From: Paracoccaceae bacterium
GTDB taxonomy: Bacteria; Pseudomonadota; Alphaproteobacteria; Rhodobacterales; Rhodobacteraceae
Reading direction: 5' to 3'
NCBI GenBank assembly: GCA_018607905.1
Contig: JABBAP010000005.1
Coordinates: forward strand, 94,699 to 158,698
DNA: 64,000 nt
How positions within the stretch are numbered: the stretch's first letter is position 1; each line of letters begins with the position of its first letter. The position numbers and the translations under genes were made by a program. Below the pieces are notes generated by a model, which was given only the letters and a program-made list of their open reading frames with translations, did no database searches and had not been told where the DNA came from. Positions 40,744 through 51,226 of this stretch are shown in pieces.

Positions 40744-40789
40744 GGTCAATTAATTATTCAACTTCGATCACACACCAAAGGAAACGGTT

Positions 40790-42820
40790 ATGGGAATTCT
40801 CGACGTACAAAGTTTTGCGGTTGGTCAGTGGATTTCACCAGACGCATCGGCGCGCAGTATTGAAAATGCGGTGACGGGTGATGTGATGGCGCGTGCTGGC
40901 AGCGGGACGTTGGATGTTGTTGGGATGTTGGAGTATGCACGAACCAAGGGCGGCCCTGCATTGCGGGCGATGAATTTCCATGATCGTGCACGGATGCTTA
41001 AGGCGTTGGCGACGCATCTTGGGCAACACAAACAGGCGCTGTATGATCTTTCTTTCGCGACGGGTGCCACGCAATCAGACCACTTGATTGATATCGACGG
41101 CGGCGTCGGAACGATGTTTGTTTTTGCATCCAAAGGGCGGCGCGAAATGCCAGACGGGCACATTTATGTTGATGGCGATGTCGAACTACTAAGTCGAAAT
41201 GGCACGTTCCTAGGCCAGCATATTTGCACGCCTTTGCAGGGTGTTGCGGTTCATATCAATGCGTTCAATTTCCCTGTTTGGGGCATGTTGGAAAAGCTGG
41301 CGCCGACGTTGTTGGCGGGGGTTCCTGCGATTGTTAAACCTGCAACTGCCACGAGTTATGTGACAGAGCTGGCTGTGAAAATCATGCTCGACAGTGGGTT
41401 GTTGCCTGACGGTGCATTGCAGCTGGTATCTGGCGGATTGGGTGACATGCTTGATCACCTTGGACATCAGGATGTGGTGAGTTTCACGGGCTCTGCTGAT
41501 ACCGCATTTAAACTGCGATCTGCACCGCATATTTTGAAAAATTCCATACGGTTCGTTGCAGAGCAGGACAGCTTGAACGCCTCAATCTTGGGGCCAGATG
41601 CTGTTGCTGGCACGCCAGAATTTGATCTGTTTGTGAAGGAAGTCCAGCGGGAAATGACAACGAAAGCCGGGCAAAAATGCACGGCTATTCGGCGCATATT
41701 TGCACCGCAATCACAGGTGGATGCTGTTATCGCATCGCTGTCTGATCGTTTGGCGAAAACTGTGATTGGTGATCCGTCGGCAAAAGAAACGGGGATGGGA
41801 GCCTTGGTGTCCAACAGCCAGAAACGGGATGTTTTGGCAAAGGCTGCGATTATTGGCGGCGAGGCAGAACGGGTTTACGGCGATCCTAATGCGTTTGAAG
41901 TACAGGGGGCGGATGGCGCAAAGGGCGCGTTTTTGCCACCGATGTTGTACCACTGTGCAGATCCTGACAACGCGATGCGTGTTCACGACACCGAAGCATT
42001 TGGCCCTGTTTCAACCGTCATGGGGTACCGTGATCTGGATCACGCAATCGCGCTGGTTAATCGGGGTGGGGGCAGTTTGGTTGCCTCGGTGATTACCCAT
42101 GACAGCGATGTGGCGCGTGAAGTTGCGTTGGGTGCGGGCGCGTATCACGGGCGGCTGTATTTCAATAATCGTGACAGCATGAAGGAAAGCACGGGCCACG
42201 GTTCACCGCTGCCACACATGGTGCACGGCGGCCCCGGGCGTGCTGGTGGTGGAGAAGAGCTGGGCGGTGTGCGCGGTGTGATGCATTACATGCAGCGCAC
42301 AGCGATCCAAGGTAGCCCTGATATTTTGACAGCGATCGGGGGCACTTGGGTGCCAGGTGCGGCGGAAAAAATCGCGCCAGCCCATCCGTTCACAAGAACT
42401 TTTAATGAAGTCCAAATTGGCGAGACAATCCATACGGAACCACGCATCGTTACGATGGAAGACATTGAACATTTCGCAGAATTCACTGGTGACAATTTCT
42501 ATGGACACATGGACGAAGAAGCCGCATCGCGGAACCCGTTTTTCCCAGGTCGTGTTGCTCATGGGTATTTGCTGTTGTCGTTTGCGGCGGGTCTGTTTGT
42601 TGAGCCAAATGAGGGGCCAGTTCTTGCAAATACCGGGCTGAATAGCCTGCAATTTATGAAGCCTGTGGCGGCTGGTGACAGCATCAAAGTGCGGTTAACC
42701 GTGAAAAAGAAAACCCGTCGCACGGATGAATACGGCGAAGTGCAGTGGCATGTGACGCTAACCAATGAAGAAGAAGAATTGGTGGCGGAATACGAATTGC
42801 TGACGATGAACACGTACTAG
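40790..42820 (+). CDS. paaZ: bifunctional oxepin-CoA hydrolase / 3-oxo-5,6-dehydrosuberyl-CoA semialdehyde dehydrogenase
   Basis: 676 aa: an ALDH N-domain plus a C-terminal MaoC-like hotdog hydratase domain. Confidence 0.9.
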   Translation: MGILDVQSFAVGQWISPDASARSIENAVTGDVMARAGSGTLDVVGMLEYARTKGGPALRAMNFHDRARMLKALATHLGQHKQALYDLSFATGATQSDHLIDIDGGVGTMFVFASKGRREMPDGHIYVDGDVELLSRNGTFLGQHICTPLQGVAVHINAFNFPVWGMLEKLAPTLLAGVPAIVKPATATSYVTELAVKIMLDSGLLPDGALQLVSGGLGDMLDHLGHQDVVSFTGSADTAFKLRSAPHILKNSIRFVAEQDSLNASILGPDAVAGTPEFDLFVKEVQREMTTKAGQKCTAIRRIFAPQSQVDAVIASLSDRLAKTVIGDPSAKETGMGALVSNSQKRDVLAKAAIIGGEAERVYGDPNAFEVQGADGAKGAFLPPMLYHCADPDNAMRVHDTEAFGPVSTVMGYRDLDHAIALVNRGGGSLVASVITHDSDVAREVALGAGAYHGRLYFNNRDSMKESTGHGSPLPHMVHGGPGRAGGGEELGGVRGVMHYMQRTAIQGSPDILTAIGGTWVPGAAEKIAPAHPFTRTFNEVQIGETIHTEPRIVTMEDIEHFAEFTGDNFYGHMDEEAASRNPFFPGRVAHGYLLLSFAAGLFVEPNEGPVLANTGLNSLQFMKPVAAGDSIKVRLTVKKKTRRTDEYGEVQWHVTLTNEEEELVAEYELLTMNTY

Positions 42821-42850
42821 CAACCCAAAACCCCGCCGATCATGGCGGGG
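42821..42850 (-). terminator. intrinsic terminator shared by convergent eamA-like gene and paaZ
   Basis: CCCCGCC / GGCGGGG stem with a 6-nt loop. On the minus strand it is followed by TTTTGGGTTG. Confidence 0.6.
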
Positions 42851-43693
42851 CTAAAACGCCAGATAGCCAATCGCCCCGAAGGCAAGTGCAACGCCGCACC
42901 ACTGAATGGGCGACATTCTTTCTTTAAGGAACATCCATGCCAGAACGACGGTGATCATGCCAAACATGGATGCTGCGACGGCTGCAAATTCTGGGCGGTT
43001 TAGGTTGCCTGAGCCAATGACAATGCTGTGCGCCGTTGTATCGAGAAAGGCCATTGCTGCGAGGAATGGCCATGCGCTTCGGCTTGGTAATTTCGGGCCG
43101 TTTCGTGACAAAAGCAGAATTAGCACGCCGACAGTTGCGGCCAAACGGCTGATGAAAATAACGGGTAATTCATCCCCTGCTTGGGTTGCAATGTGGCCAA
43201 TTGCAAAGGCGCTGGCGAAGCCTGCTCCGCCCAGCAAAGCCCAGCCGATTGCTGATGTAGCTGAGGTTTCGCCTTCGTCTGATTGCGATAAAAACCCAAC
43301 GATTGCGACCCCTGCGATCACAGCACCCACGGCGAGCCATTGGTCCCACGGAACAGTTTGGCCTGAAATGCCAGCCCACGTGATGGAAAGAATGGGATAA
43401 GCGCCGATGATTGGCGCGACCAGTCGAACTGGACCGATGGCGAAGGCGTTATACAGGCCGATGCAGCCGAGCAAATAGACGATGCCGCCTAGGATGCTGT
43501 ACCCAAAACCAGCCTGTGACATCGCTGACCAATCCCCTAGAGTCAGGGAGATTGGCGTCAATATGATCGTGCCTGCCACCAAAACAGTGGCTAACAATGG
43601 TAGGATGCCACCGTGTTGTGCGATGTAGCGCACGCAAAAATCGTGCACGCCCCAAGCAAGAGCAGCAATCAGGCCAAGCGCGAGTGAGAGCAT
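42851..43693 (-). CDS. DMT-superfamily (EamA-like) transporter
   Basis: About 280 aa with 10 predicted TM segments and two EamA-like halves. Confidence 0.75.
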   Translation of the reverse strand: MLSLALGLIAALAWGVHDFCVRYIAQHGGILPLLATVLVAGTIILTPISLTLGDWSAMSQAGFGYSILGGIVYLLGCIGLYNAFAIGPVRLVAPIIGAYPILSITWAGISGQTVPWDQWLAVGAVIAGVAIVGFLSQSDEGETSATSAIGWALLGGAGFASAFAIGHIATQAGDELPVIFISRLAATVGVLILLLSRNGPKLPSRSAWPFLAAMAFLDTTAHSIVIGSGNLNRPEFAAVAASMFGMITVVLAWMFLKERMSPIQWCGVALAFGAIGYLAF

Positions 43694-43852
43694 GAGGTGC
43701 CTTTCGTGTGAACCCACGCAGTACATCGCAGGAATTCTGTTGATATTTAACGCGACTCACTTGATTTGCGAAGGTAAATTGATATTCTTAGGATTAAATA
43801 ATTATTCCGCTCATGCAACACGTGCCGCAGCGGATTTCTTAAGGACGCTGAC

Positions 43853-46222
43853 ATGCTCGATGATCTCTACGCAAAGGTCCAGCCCGGCCCGCCAAAGCCC
43901 AGCAAAATTATCATGCCGCAACAGTTTTCCCTGCCGCAAGGGACGGAACGCTACGTTGTAGAGGGCGCGGGGGCGATCCTTGTGCCTGTTTACGCGGGCG
44001 ATCAGATTACGGTTATCAATGATGAAGGTGGGCAGGTTTGCGAATTGGTTGCCGCCGATTCCAAAGGTGCAATTGATCTAGGTATTGTTGGTGAAGCTGC
44101 GAACGGCCCCGCTGATGGGTTGCGCCATCTGCTGACAAGCAATGATCAATCCTTGCGTGGAATGCGTATGGGACTTGAGGCGCGCAATATTTACCTTGGA
44201 AATGCCGAAGCCGTTCGATTTTTTGATGCCCAAACGCGACCAAAATCCGAGCAATCCCTGACAGTTCAACGCGATGGTACTGTCATTATCGCAACGCCGT
44301 CGCAGGGAATGGATTTTGAACAGCAGGATACCGCAACGCCGCTGACTGTGATGGTGAAGCGTGCGACCTTAAAATTTGCGGCGCGGTTTGAGTTGCCAAA
44401 TCCGTTGGCCGACCCGATGCAAGACATCCGCGTGCACACGCAGACCGCCGAGAGCTTTTTCGTTAAGGCTGGCGATTACATTCAGATCATTGATGTGGAT
44501 GGGCGACAGTGTTCGGATTTTGAATGTTTTAGTGCGCGTAAACTGGACAAAGGCATTGAGCACGCGTTGGACGTTACGACCACGCGCACGTTGATGGGCC
44601 ATGCCTATCCGATGCCGGGTTTGCACGCGAAATATTACGATCAAGAAATGTTGCCGTTGGTTGAGGTGGTGCAAGATACCTGTGGGCGTCACGATGCGTT
44701 TGCGCTGGCGTGTTCGGCAAAATATTACGACGATATTGGCTATCCGGGCCACGTGAATTGTTCGGATAATTTCAACTACGCGCTGGATAAATACGGAATT
44801 GCGGGTCGTAAGGGCTGGATGGCGATCAACTTTTTTTTCAACACTGGGCTTGATGATCACGGTGTGATGTACGCGGATGAGCCGTGGTCGATGCCCGGTG
44901 ATTACGTTCTATTGCGCGCACTGACAGACATCGTTTGCGTGAGTTCCGCCTGCCCAGATGACACGACGGCCGCCAATGGCTGGAACCCCACAGATATTCA
45001 CGTTCGCACCTACAGCGGCAACGAAACATTCCAACGCTCAGTGGCATATCGCCCAACACCAGATTCGGAAGCTAAGATGACCAAACAAACTGGATTCCAC
45101 GACAAATTCGCCCAGCACACGCGTAACTTTATTGAATACAACGGCTATTGGTTGGCCAATTGCTTTGCCGAAGCAGGGCCGATCCAAGAATACCACGCGT
45201 GCCGCGAAGGCGTTGTGATGATGGATCTTTCGCCGTTGCGCAAATTCGAAATCACCGGTCCAGACGCAGAGGCGCTGTGTCAGTATATCTTTACGCGCAA
45301 CATGAAAACGCTTGCTGTCGGTGGCGTTGTGTACACGGCGATGTGTTATGAACACGGCGGCATGATCGACGACGGCACGGTGTTCCGTCTGGCCAAAGAC
45401 AACTTTCGTTGGATTGGTGGCAATGATTACGGCGGTGAATGGATGCGTGAGCAGGCCGAAAAGCTGGGGCTGAATGTTTTGGTTCGTTCTTCCACGGATC
45501 AGCTGCACAATGTCGCCGTTCAGGGCCCCAAAAGCCGCGATTTGCTGCGCAAGATCGTTTGGACCGCGCCCCATAATCCAGAGTTTGATCAATTGGGTTG
45601 GTTCCGTTTCACGCCTGCACGTTTGAACAACGAAAGCGGCACGCCGTTTATTGTTTCGCGTACAGGGTACACGGGCGAGCTGGGCTACGAAGTGATGTGT
45701 CACCCCAAACATTGCGAAGAGATTTTCGACGCGATTTGGGGCGCTGGGCAAGAATTTGATATCAAACCGATGGGCCTTGAGGCGTTGGATATGGTTCGGA
45801 TTGAAGCAGGACTGATTTTCGCTGGGTATGATTTCAGCGATCAAACTGACCCGTTTGAGGCTGGCATTGGCTTCACCGTTCCACTGAAATCTAAGACCGA
45901 TGATTTCATTGGGCGCGATGCGTTGATCCGGCGCAAAGAAAACCCGATGCGCAAAATGGTTGGCATTGATATCGACAGCAATGTTGACGTGGAGCACGGC
46001 GATTGCATCCATATTGGCCGTGCGCAAATCGGCGAAGTGACGTCATCGATGCGCTCGCCTTTGCTGGGTAAAAACATCGCTTTGGCGCGCATTGACGTGG
46101 CGCACGCTGAAATCGGTACACAAATTGAAGTGGGTAAATTGGACGGCCACCAAAAGCGCTTGCCAGCCGAGATTGTGCCGTTCGCGCATTACGATCAAAA
46201 GAAAGAACGCCCACGGTCATGA
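43853..46222 (+). CDS. tdm: trimethylamine N-oxide demethylase Tdm (DUF1989 + GcvT-type THF-binding domain)
   Basis: 789-aa fusion. The central DUF1989-like region reads 'FFVKAGDYIQIIDVDGRQCSDF...'. The C-terminal aminomethyltransferase region has 'RTGYTGELGYEV'. This matches the architecture described for Tdm, in a tmm/dmm/tmo context. Confidence 0.8.
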   Translation: MLDDLYAKVQPGPPKPSKIIMPQQFSLPQGTERYVVEGAGAILVPVYAGDQITVINDEGGQVCELVAADSKGAIDLGIVGEAANGPADGLRHLLTSNDQSLRGMRMGLEARNIYLGNAEAVRFFDAQTRPKSEQSLTVQRDGTVIIATPSQGMDFEQQDTATPLTVMVKRATLKFAARFELPNPLADPMQDIRVHTQTAESFFVKAGDYIQIIDVDGRQCSDFECFSARKLDKGIEHALDVTTTRTLMGHAYPMPGLHAKYYDQEMLPLVEVVQDTCGRHDAFALACSAKYYDDIGYPGHVNCSDNFNYALDKYGIAGRKGWMAINFFFNTGLDDHGVMYADEPWSMPGDYVLLRALTDIVCVSSACPDDTTAANGWNPTDIHVRTYSGNETFQRSVAYRPTPDSEAKMTKQTGFHDKFAQHTRNFIEYNGYWLANCFAEAGPIQEYHACREGVVMMDLSPLRKFEITGPDAEALCQYIFTRNMKTLAVGGVVYTAMCYEHGGMIDDGTVFRLAKDNFRWIGGNDYGGEWMREQAEKLGLNVLVRSSTDQLHNVAVQGPKSRDLLRKIVWTAPHNPEFDQLGWFRFTPARLNNESGTPFIVSRTGYTGELGYEVMCHPKHCEEIFDAIWGAGQEFDIKPMGLEALDMVRIEAGLIFAGYDFSDQTDPFEAGIGFTVPLKSKTDDFIGRDALIRRKENPMRKMVGIDIDSNVDVEHGDCIHIGRAQIGEVTSSMRSPLLGKNIALARIDVAHAEIGTQIEVGKLDGHQKRLPAEIVPFAHYDQKKERPRS

Positions 46223-46617
46223 CCTCTTCCGCCTTAGATAAATTAGGCGGAGAAGGCGCGCTGCGCGAACTGGTCGAGCATTTTTATGACTTGGTGGAAA
46301 CCTTGCCAGAAACAGAACAATTGCGTGTTCTGCATATGGATGGGCATGGCTTTGCGCATACCCGCACAGAACAGTTTGAATTTATGTCAGGTTTCTTAGG
46401 TGGGCGGCAATATTATATGGAAAAGCATCGACACATGAATGTGAAAGATATCCACGCCCATGTGCCTATTCGTGTTGAAGATGCCGAGGTATGGTTGCAA
46501 ACGATGGATCGCGCGTTGTCAGAGCTGAAACACGCTGGCGCGCATATTGATCGGATGAAGGCAACGCTGCGACGTGTGGCGATGATCTTGGTGAATGATG
46601 GGAAAATTGCGCAATGA
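46219..46617 (+). CDS. group II truncated haemoglobin (trHbO-like)
   Basis: 132 aa with 'LVEHFYDLV...', 'FMSGFLGGRQYY' and a proximal-His region 'DIHAHVPI'. ATGA overlap with the tdm stop. Confidence 0.7.
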   Translation: MTSSALDKLGGEGALRELVEHFYDLVETLPETEQLRVLHMDGHGFAHTRTEQFEFMSGFLGGRQYYMEKHRHMNVKDIHAHVPIRVEDAEVWLQTMDRALSELKHAGAHIDRMKATLRRVAMILVNDGKIAQ

Positions 46618-46997
46618 AAACCTTGGCATTGATTTGTGGTCTTGCAGTTGCGGCAACTGGCGCAGCTGCGCAATCGGTGAAGCTAAAATCAGCAGAAATC
46701 GCTGATCTGTTAACGGGAAACACGGCTGTTGGAACATGGCAAGGTGCGCCGTACCGACAGTATTTCAGCGAGGACGGCTCAACGATTTATGCGCAAAATG
46801 ACAGCCGCTCTGCGCTGGGCAAATGGCGCATTGATACGGATCGCGATGAATACCAAAGCATTTGGGCGCGTGATACTGTTTGGGAGGGTTGGTACGTGAT
46901 GGAGTATTTGGGGACCTATTTTTGGGTCAGCAAATCAACGCCACCAACGCCTTTCAAAATGGTCAAAGGGCAGCAATTGGTTCCAACAGACGATTGA
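46614..46997 (+). CDS. secreted protein of unknown function
   Basis: 127 aa with Sec signal peptide 'MKTLALICGLAVAATGAAAQ'. ATGA overlap with the globin stop. Confidence 0.6.
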   Translation: MKTLALICGLAVAATGAAAQSVKLKSAEIADLLTGNTAVGTWQGAPYRQYFSEDGSTIYAQNDSRSALGKWRIDTDRDEYQSIWARDTVWEGWYVMEYLGTYFWVSKSTPPTPFKMVKGQQLVPTDD

Positions 46998-47007
46998 GCT
47001 TAACCTG

Positions 47008-47042
47008 CCGCGCCGCCGAATATTTGTGCATCGGCGGCGGGG
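47008..47042. terminator. GC-rich hairpin between the convergent tdm operon and tmm
   Basis: CGCCGCCGA / TCGGCGGCG 9-bp stem with an 11-nt loop, followed by TATTTGAC on the plus strand. Confidence 0.5.
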
Positions 47043-47051
47043 TATTTGACA

Positions 47052-48386
47052 TTAGTTTTTCAGGTAAACTTCCATGCTGTCATCCAGCGCATCTTTCCAC
47101 GGGGTGTGGTGCATCGGGGCCATCGTGCCTGTGATCACTGAAGCATAAGCGTTGTTGCGGAAGGTCATGATGTCTGCAACTTTGTGACCTTTCCAAGCCT
47201 TAAACGCCTGACACGCGCCTTCTACATCGAACGACGGATAGTCAGTTTCGTCGATCAGTTCTTTGGTGTAATCGCCCTGATACCAGATGCAGCCATAGTC
47301 ATCCTCAAGCGCGTCTTCACGGGCGATGCGCTCCTCAACGTCGGCTTTCATGTCGGCTGTGGACGGCGTTTCAATGCGCCCTATCATCACATCACGCGAC
47401 CACCAAGCTTGGGCGTCAAACATGTTGAACGTGAACCACTGATCCTGCATGCCAAGGTAAAACAGGTTCGGATTATCGGCCCATGCCACGCCCTTGTACA
47501 AGTTCGCAGACGCCAGACGGTTTGCTGTTCTCAGGTTCAAATCTTCGGCCATGAACGGGAAATGGTGGATGTAGCCGGTACACAAAAGGATCGCATCCAC
47601 GTCTTTGGTTGTGCCATCTTTGAAATGCGCGGTGTTGCCGACAACTTTCGTAAGCAACGGAACCTCTTGCCAATTGTCGGGCCATTTAAAGCCCATAGGT
47701 GCTGTACGATGGGACACGGTGATAGATTTCGCGCCGTATTTCCAACACTGCGAACCAATGTCTTCGGCGGAATAGGATGTGCCGACGATCAGGATGTCTT
47801 GGTCTTTGAATTCCAAAGCATCGCGGAAATCATGGGCGTGCAGAATGCGGCCCTTAAAGCTATCAAATCCTTCGAATTCAGGGACGTTCGGCGTTGAGAA
47901 GTGACCCGATGCGCAGACAACGTAGTCAAATTCTTCGGTGGTGCGTTCACCACTTGGCAGGTCTTTGACGGTGACAGAAAACTTGCCGTCTTCAAATTCT
48001 ACGTTGCGCACAACAGTTTCGAATTTGATCCAATCACGGATATCTGCCTTTTTCACACGGCCTTCGATGTAATCGAACAGAACCGCACGTGGTGGGTAAG
48101 ATGCGATCTGTTTGCCAAAGTGTTCTTCGAACGAATAATCCGCAAACTCCAAACCCTCTTTTGGGCCATTGGACCAAAGGTAGCGATACATCGACCCGTG
48201 CACGGGTTCGCCGTATTGATCTAGGCCCGTGCGCCACGTGTAATTCCACAATCCACCCCAATTAGATTGCTTTTCAAAGCAAACGATTTCTGGAATTTCT
48301 GCGCCTTTAGCGGCGGCGGATTGAAAGGCACGCATTTGGGCCAAACCGCTTGGGCCTGCGCCGATGATTGCTACTCGTTTTGTCAT
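47052..48386 (-). CDS. tmm: trimethylamine monooxygenase (bacterial flavin-containing monooxygenase)
   Basis: 'IIGAGPSGL' FAD motif, FMO motif '[11 protein letters not shown]' and 'VGTSYSAED' NADPH motif. 444 aa. Confidence 0.85.
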   Translation of the reverse strand: MTKRVAIIGAGPSGLAQMRAFQSAAAKGAEIPEIVCFEKQSNWGGLWNYTWRTGLDQYGEPVHGSMYRYLWSNGPKEGLEFADYSFEEHFGKQIASYPPRAVLFDYIEGRVKKADIRDWIKFETVVRNVEFEDGKFSVTVKDLPSGERTTEEFDYVVCASGHFSTPNVPEFEGFDSFKGRILHAHDFRDALEFKDQDILIVGTSYSAEDIGSQCWKYGAKSITVSHRTAPMGFKWPDNWQEVPLLTKVVGNTAHFKDGTTKDVDAILLCTGYIHHFPFMAEDLNLRTANRLASANLYKGVAWADNPNLFYLGMQDQWFTFNMFDAQAWWSRDVMIGRIETPSTADMKADVEERIAREDALEDDYGCIWYQGDYTKELIDETDYPSFDVEGACQAFKAWKGHKVADIMTFRNNAYASVITGTMAPMHHTPWKDALDDSMEVYLKN

Positions 48387-48464
48387 TTTATTGGTCCTTT
48401 AAACAGAAATGGGCCGCAGTGATTTCCACTACAGCCCTAAAAATTTATACGATGAATATCAGCA

Positions 48465-49799
48465 TTAGATGTCCAGCGTGTTTGCTTTTTCCCAAGACGA
48501 GAAGTGGTTGCAGAAATCATTCCACTCTTGGTGTTTCATCTTCAGAAACGCGGCAGAGAATTCATCGCCCATCGCAGACATCAATTCTTTGTCACGGTTG
48601 TACGCGCGCAAAGCATCCAGCATGTTCAACGGCAGTTTTGGTGCGCCACGTACTTTATGGCCATCTGCGTACATGTCGATGTCGTGGCGTTTGCCAGGGT
48701 CTGCTTTGGAACGAACGCCAGACAGACCAGCGGCAATAATCACCGCTTGCAAAAGGTAAGGATTCACCGCGCCATCTGGCAGGCGCAGCTCAAATCGGCC
48801 AGGGCCTGGCACACGAACCATGTGCGTGCGGTTGTTGCCTGTCCATGTCACGGTATTTGGCGCCCAAGTCGCACCAGAAATCGTGCGCGGCGCATTGATA
48901 CGCTTGTAGCTGTTCACAGTTGGATTGGTGATCGCAGCCAATGCGGAGGCGTGCTTCATGATTCCGCCAAGGAAGTGGCGGCCCTTTTCAGACAGTCCCA
49001 ACTCGGTTGTTTGGCTTTCATCGCTGATCGGTGCTGCAAACACGTTGGTTTTTGCGTCTGAACCAGCAGCATCCCAAACAGAGACGTGCGCGTGGCAGCC
49101 GTTGCCTGTTAGGCCCTCGACCGGTTTAGGCATGAACGTCGCGCGGTAGCCGTGTTTTTCGGCGACGGTTCTGGTCATGAATTTAAAGAAGCTATGCTTG
49201 TCGGCAGTCTTCAGCGCGTCATCATAATCCCAGTTCATTTCCCACTGGCCATTCGCATCTTCGTGGTCGTTCTGGTACGCGCCCCAACCAAGATCGAGCA
49301 TGTAATCGCTGATTTCGCGGATCACATCCAAGCGGCGCATGAATGCTTGTTGATCGTAACACGGTTTGGCAGCGGTATCGAACGGATCAGAGATTTGATC
49401 GCCAGCAGGTGTGAGCAAAAAGAATTCTGCTTCGATCCCGGTTTTGACGTGCATGCCTTCTTCGGCGGCTTCGGCAACCAAACGGCGCAATACGTTGCGC
49501 GGTGCTTGTGCAACGTCTTCGCCTTCCATCACACAGTTGCCAGGCACCCATGCAATTTCTTTGTTCCAAGGGAGGATGATTACGGCCTCTGGATCAGGTA
49601 CAGCCAACATATCAGGGTGCGCCGGCGTCAGATCAAGCCAAGTCGCAAAGCCTGCAAATCCTGCGCCGTCTTCTTGCATATCAGCAATTGCACGTGCTGG
49701 AACCAATTTGGCCCGCTGTCCACCGAACAGGTCGGTGAAAGAAATCATGAAATATTTGACGCCATTTTCTTCGGCGAATTTTGCGAGATCAGTTGTCAT
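48465..49799 (-). CDS. gmaS: gamma-glutamylmethylamide synthetase (type III glutamine synthetase-like)
   Basis: 444-aa GS-family protein located next to mgsABC and tmm. Confidence 0.8.
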   Translation of the reverse strand: MTTDLAKFAEENGVKYFMISFTDLFGGQRAKLVPARAIADMQEDGAGFAGFATWLDLTPAHPDMLAVPDPEAVIILPWNKEIAWVPGNCVMEGEDVAQAPRNVLRRLVAEAAEEGMHVKTGIEAEFFLLTPAGDQISDPFDTAAKPCYDQQAFMRRLDVIREISDYMLDLGWGAYQNDHEDANGQWEMNWDYDDALKTADKHSFFKFMTRTVAEKHGYRATFMPKPVEGLTGNGCHAHVSVWDAAGSDAKTNVFAAPISDESQTTELGLSEKGRHFLGGIMKHASALAAITNPTVNSYKRINAPRTISGATWAPNTVTWTGNNRTHMVRVPGPGRFELRLPDGAVNPYLLQAVIIAAGLSGVRSKADPGKRHDIDMYADGHKVRGAPKLPLNMLDALRAYNRDKELMSAMGDEFSAAFLKMKHQEWNDFCNHFSSWEKANTLDI

Positions 49800-49837
49800 G
49801 TGATCGCTCCCTATTGTTGTTTCGTTGACTGTGATTG

Positions 49838-49870
49838 AAAAAGGCGCGTGTCACAAGACCGCGCCTTTTT
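49838..49870 (-). terminator. intrinsic terminator/attenuator between mgsC and gmaS
   Basis: Perfect arms AAAAAGGCGCG / CGCGCCTTTTT with an 11-nt loop. The T-tract follows on the minus strand. Confidence 0.65.
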
Positions 49871-49876
49871 GAAAAT

Positions 49877-51214
49877 TTAGAAGGATGTGTTTGGCTTCCC
49901 TGGATACCAATTTGTGCCCGCCAGTGGAACCTGTGCCATTGCGGCGGCTTCCATTGTTAGCGCCACAAGATCTTCTGGCTCTAAGTTGTGTAAATGGTTT
50001 TTGCCACACGCGCGGGCAATGGTTTGGGCCTCCAGTGTCATCACCTTGAGGTAATTACGTAAACGACGCCCACCCTCAATGGGATCAAAGCGTGCCATAA
50101 GGTCAGGATCTTGCGTGGTGATGCCAGCAGGGTCTTTGCCCTCGTGCCAATCATCATACGCCCCTGCCGTTGTGCCTAGTTCGTTGTATTCTTTTTCCCA
50201 CTTCGGATCATTGTCCCCAAGCGCGATCAAGGCTGCCGTGCCAATAGCAACTGCATCTGCACCAAGCGCCATTGCTTTCGCCACGTCTGCGCCAGAACGG
50301 ATGCCACCTGAAAGGATCAGCTGCACTTTGCGGTGCATTCCAAGGTCTTGGAGTGCTTGAACCGCAGGGCGTACAATTGCGAGTGTTGGCTGGCCAACGT
50401 GTTCGATGAACACATCTTGCGTCGCTGCTGTGCCGCCTTGCATACCGTCCAAAACAACCGCATCCGCGCCCGCTTTGATCGCAAGTGTTGTGTCATAGTA
50501 AGGACGCGCACCTGCAACTTTCACATAGATTGGCACTTTCCAGCCTGTGATTTCGCGCAACTCTAGGATTTTGATTTCCAGATCATCAGGGCCCGTCCAA
50601 TCAGGGTGACGACAGGCGGAGCGTTGGTCGATACCCTTTGGAAGGTTGCGCATGTGGGCCACACGGTCAGAGATTTTTTGACCCAAAAGCATACCGCCGC
50701 CACCTGGTTTGGCACCTTGGCCAACCACGATTTCAATCGCGTCTGCTTTGCGCAAATCGTCTGGGTTCATCCCGTAACGGGATGGCAAATATTGATAGAC
50801 CAGCTTGTTGGAATGACCGCGTTCTTCGGGGGTCATGCCACCGTCGCCAGTTGTGGTGGAAGTACCAGCGGCGGATGCGCCACGACCCAATGCTTCTTTT
50901 GCGGGGCCAGAAAGCGCGCCAAATGACATGCCAGCAATCGTGATTGGGATATCCAGCTCGATCGGGTTTTCTGCGTGCAGACCACCGATGGTAACGGAGG
51001 TTTCACACTTCTCGCGGTAGCCTTCCAACGGATAACGCGAAATAGATGCGCCCATAAACAACAGGTCATCAAAAGACGGAACCTTGCGTTTCGCGCCACC
51101 GCCGCGAATGTCGTAAATGCCAGTTGCGGCTGCACGACGAATGTCGCTGTTCACGTCTTGTGTGAACGTAGCCGATTGGCGTGGCGTGGTGTTCGGGATG
51201 TTTTTGTCGGTCAT
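49877..51214 (-). CDS. mgsC: N-methylglutamate synthase subunit C (FMN-binding GltS-like)
   Basis: 445 aa with a GltB FMN domain ('GGIRSGADVAKAMALGADAV'). Confidence 0.8.
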   Translation of the reverse strand: MTDKNIPNTTPRQSATFTQDVNSDIRRAAATGIYDIRGGGAKRKVPSFDDLLFMGASISRYPLEGYREKCETSVTIGGLHAENPIELDIPITIAGMSFGALSGPAKEALGRGASAAGTSTTTGDGGMTPEERGHSNKLVYQYLPSRYGMNPDDLRKADAIEIVVGQGAKPGGGGMLLGQKISDRVAHMRNLPKGIDQRSACRHPDWTGPDDLEIKILELREITGWKVPIYVKVAGARPYYDTTLAIKAGADAVVLDGMQGGTAATQDVFIEHVGQPTLAIVRPAVQALQDLGMHRKVQLILSGGIRSGADVAKAMALGADAVAIGTAALIALGDNDPKWEKEYNELGTTAGAYDDWHEGKDPAGITTQDPDLMARFDPIEGGRRLRNYLKVMTLEAQTIARACGKNHLHNLEPEDLVALTMEAAAMAQVPLAGTNWYPGKPNTSF

Positions 51215-51226
51215 TTTCTAAGTCCC

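Noticed and set aside
43740-43786. TTGATATT octamer repeated upstream of tdm (43740-43747 and 43779-43786, with TTGATTT between them) and once in the paaG/paaZ region (40713-40720).
   Set aside because: The motif is short and AT-rich in AT-rich promoter DNA, and it is shared by functionally unrelated loci. I cannot distinguish it from -35-like hexamers or chance without comparative data.
45038-46027. 329-aa ORF antisense to tdm. Similar long antisense ORFs occur at 8368-9300 (vs hrcA), 57559-58395 (vs dmmC), 59869-60681 (vs tmoX), 60715-61401 (vs tmoW), 47184-47897 (vs tmm) and 49152-49838 (vs gmaS).
   Set aside because: Each lies fully inside a gene with strong family motifs on the other strand. 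Their translations are low-complexity and Arg/His/Pro-rich, with no recognisable motifs and no RBS. They are typical shadow ORFs produced by codon bias.
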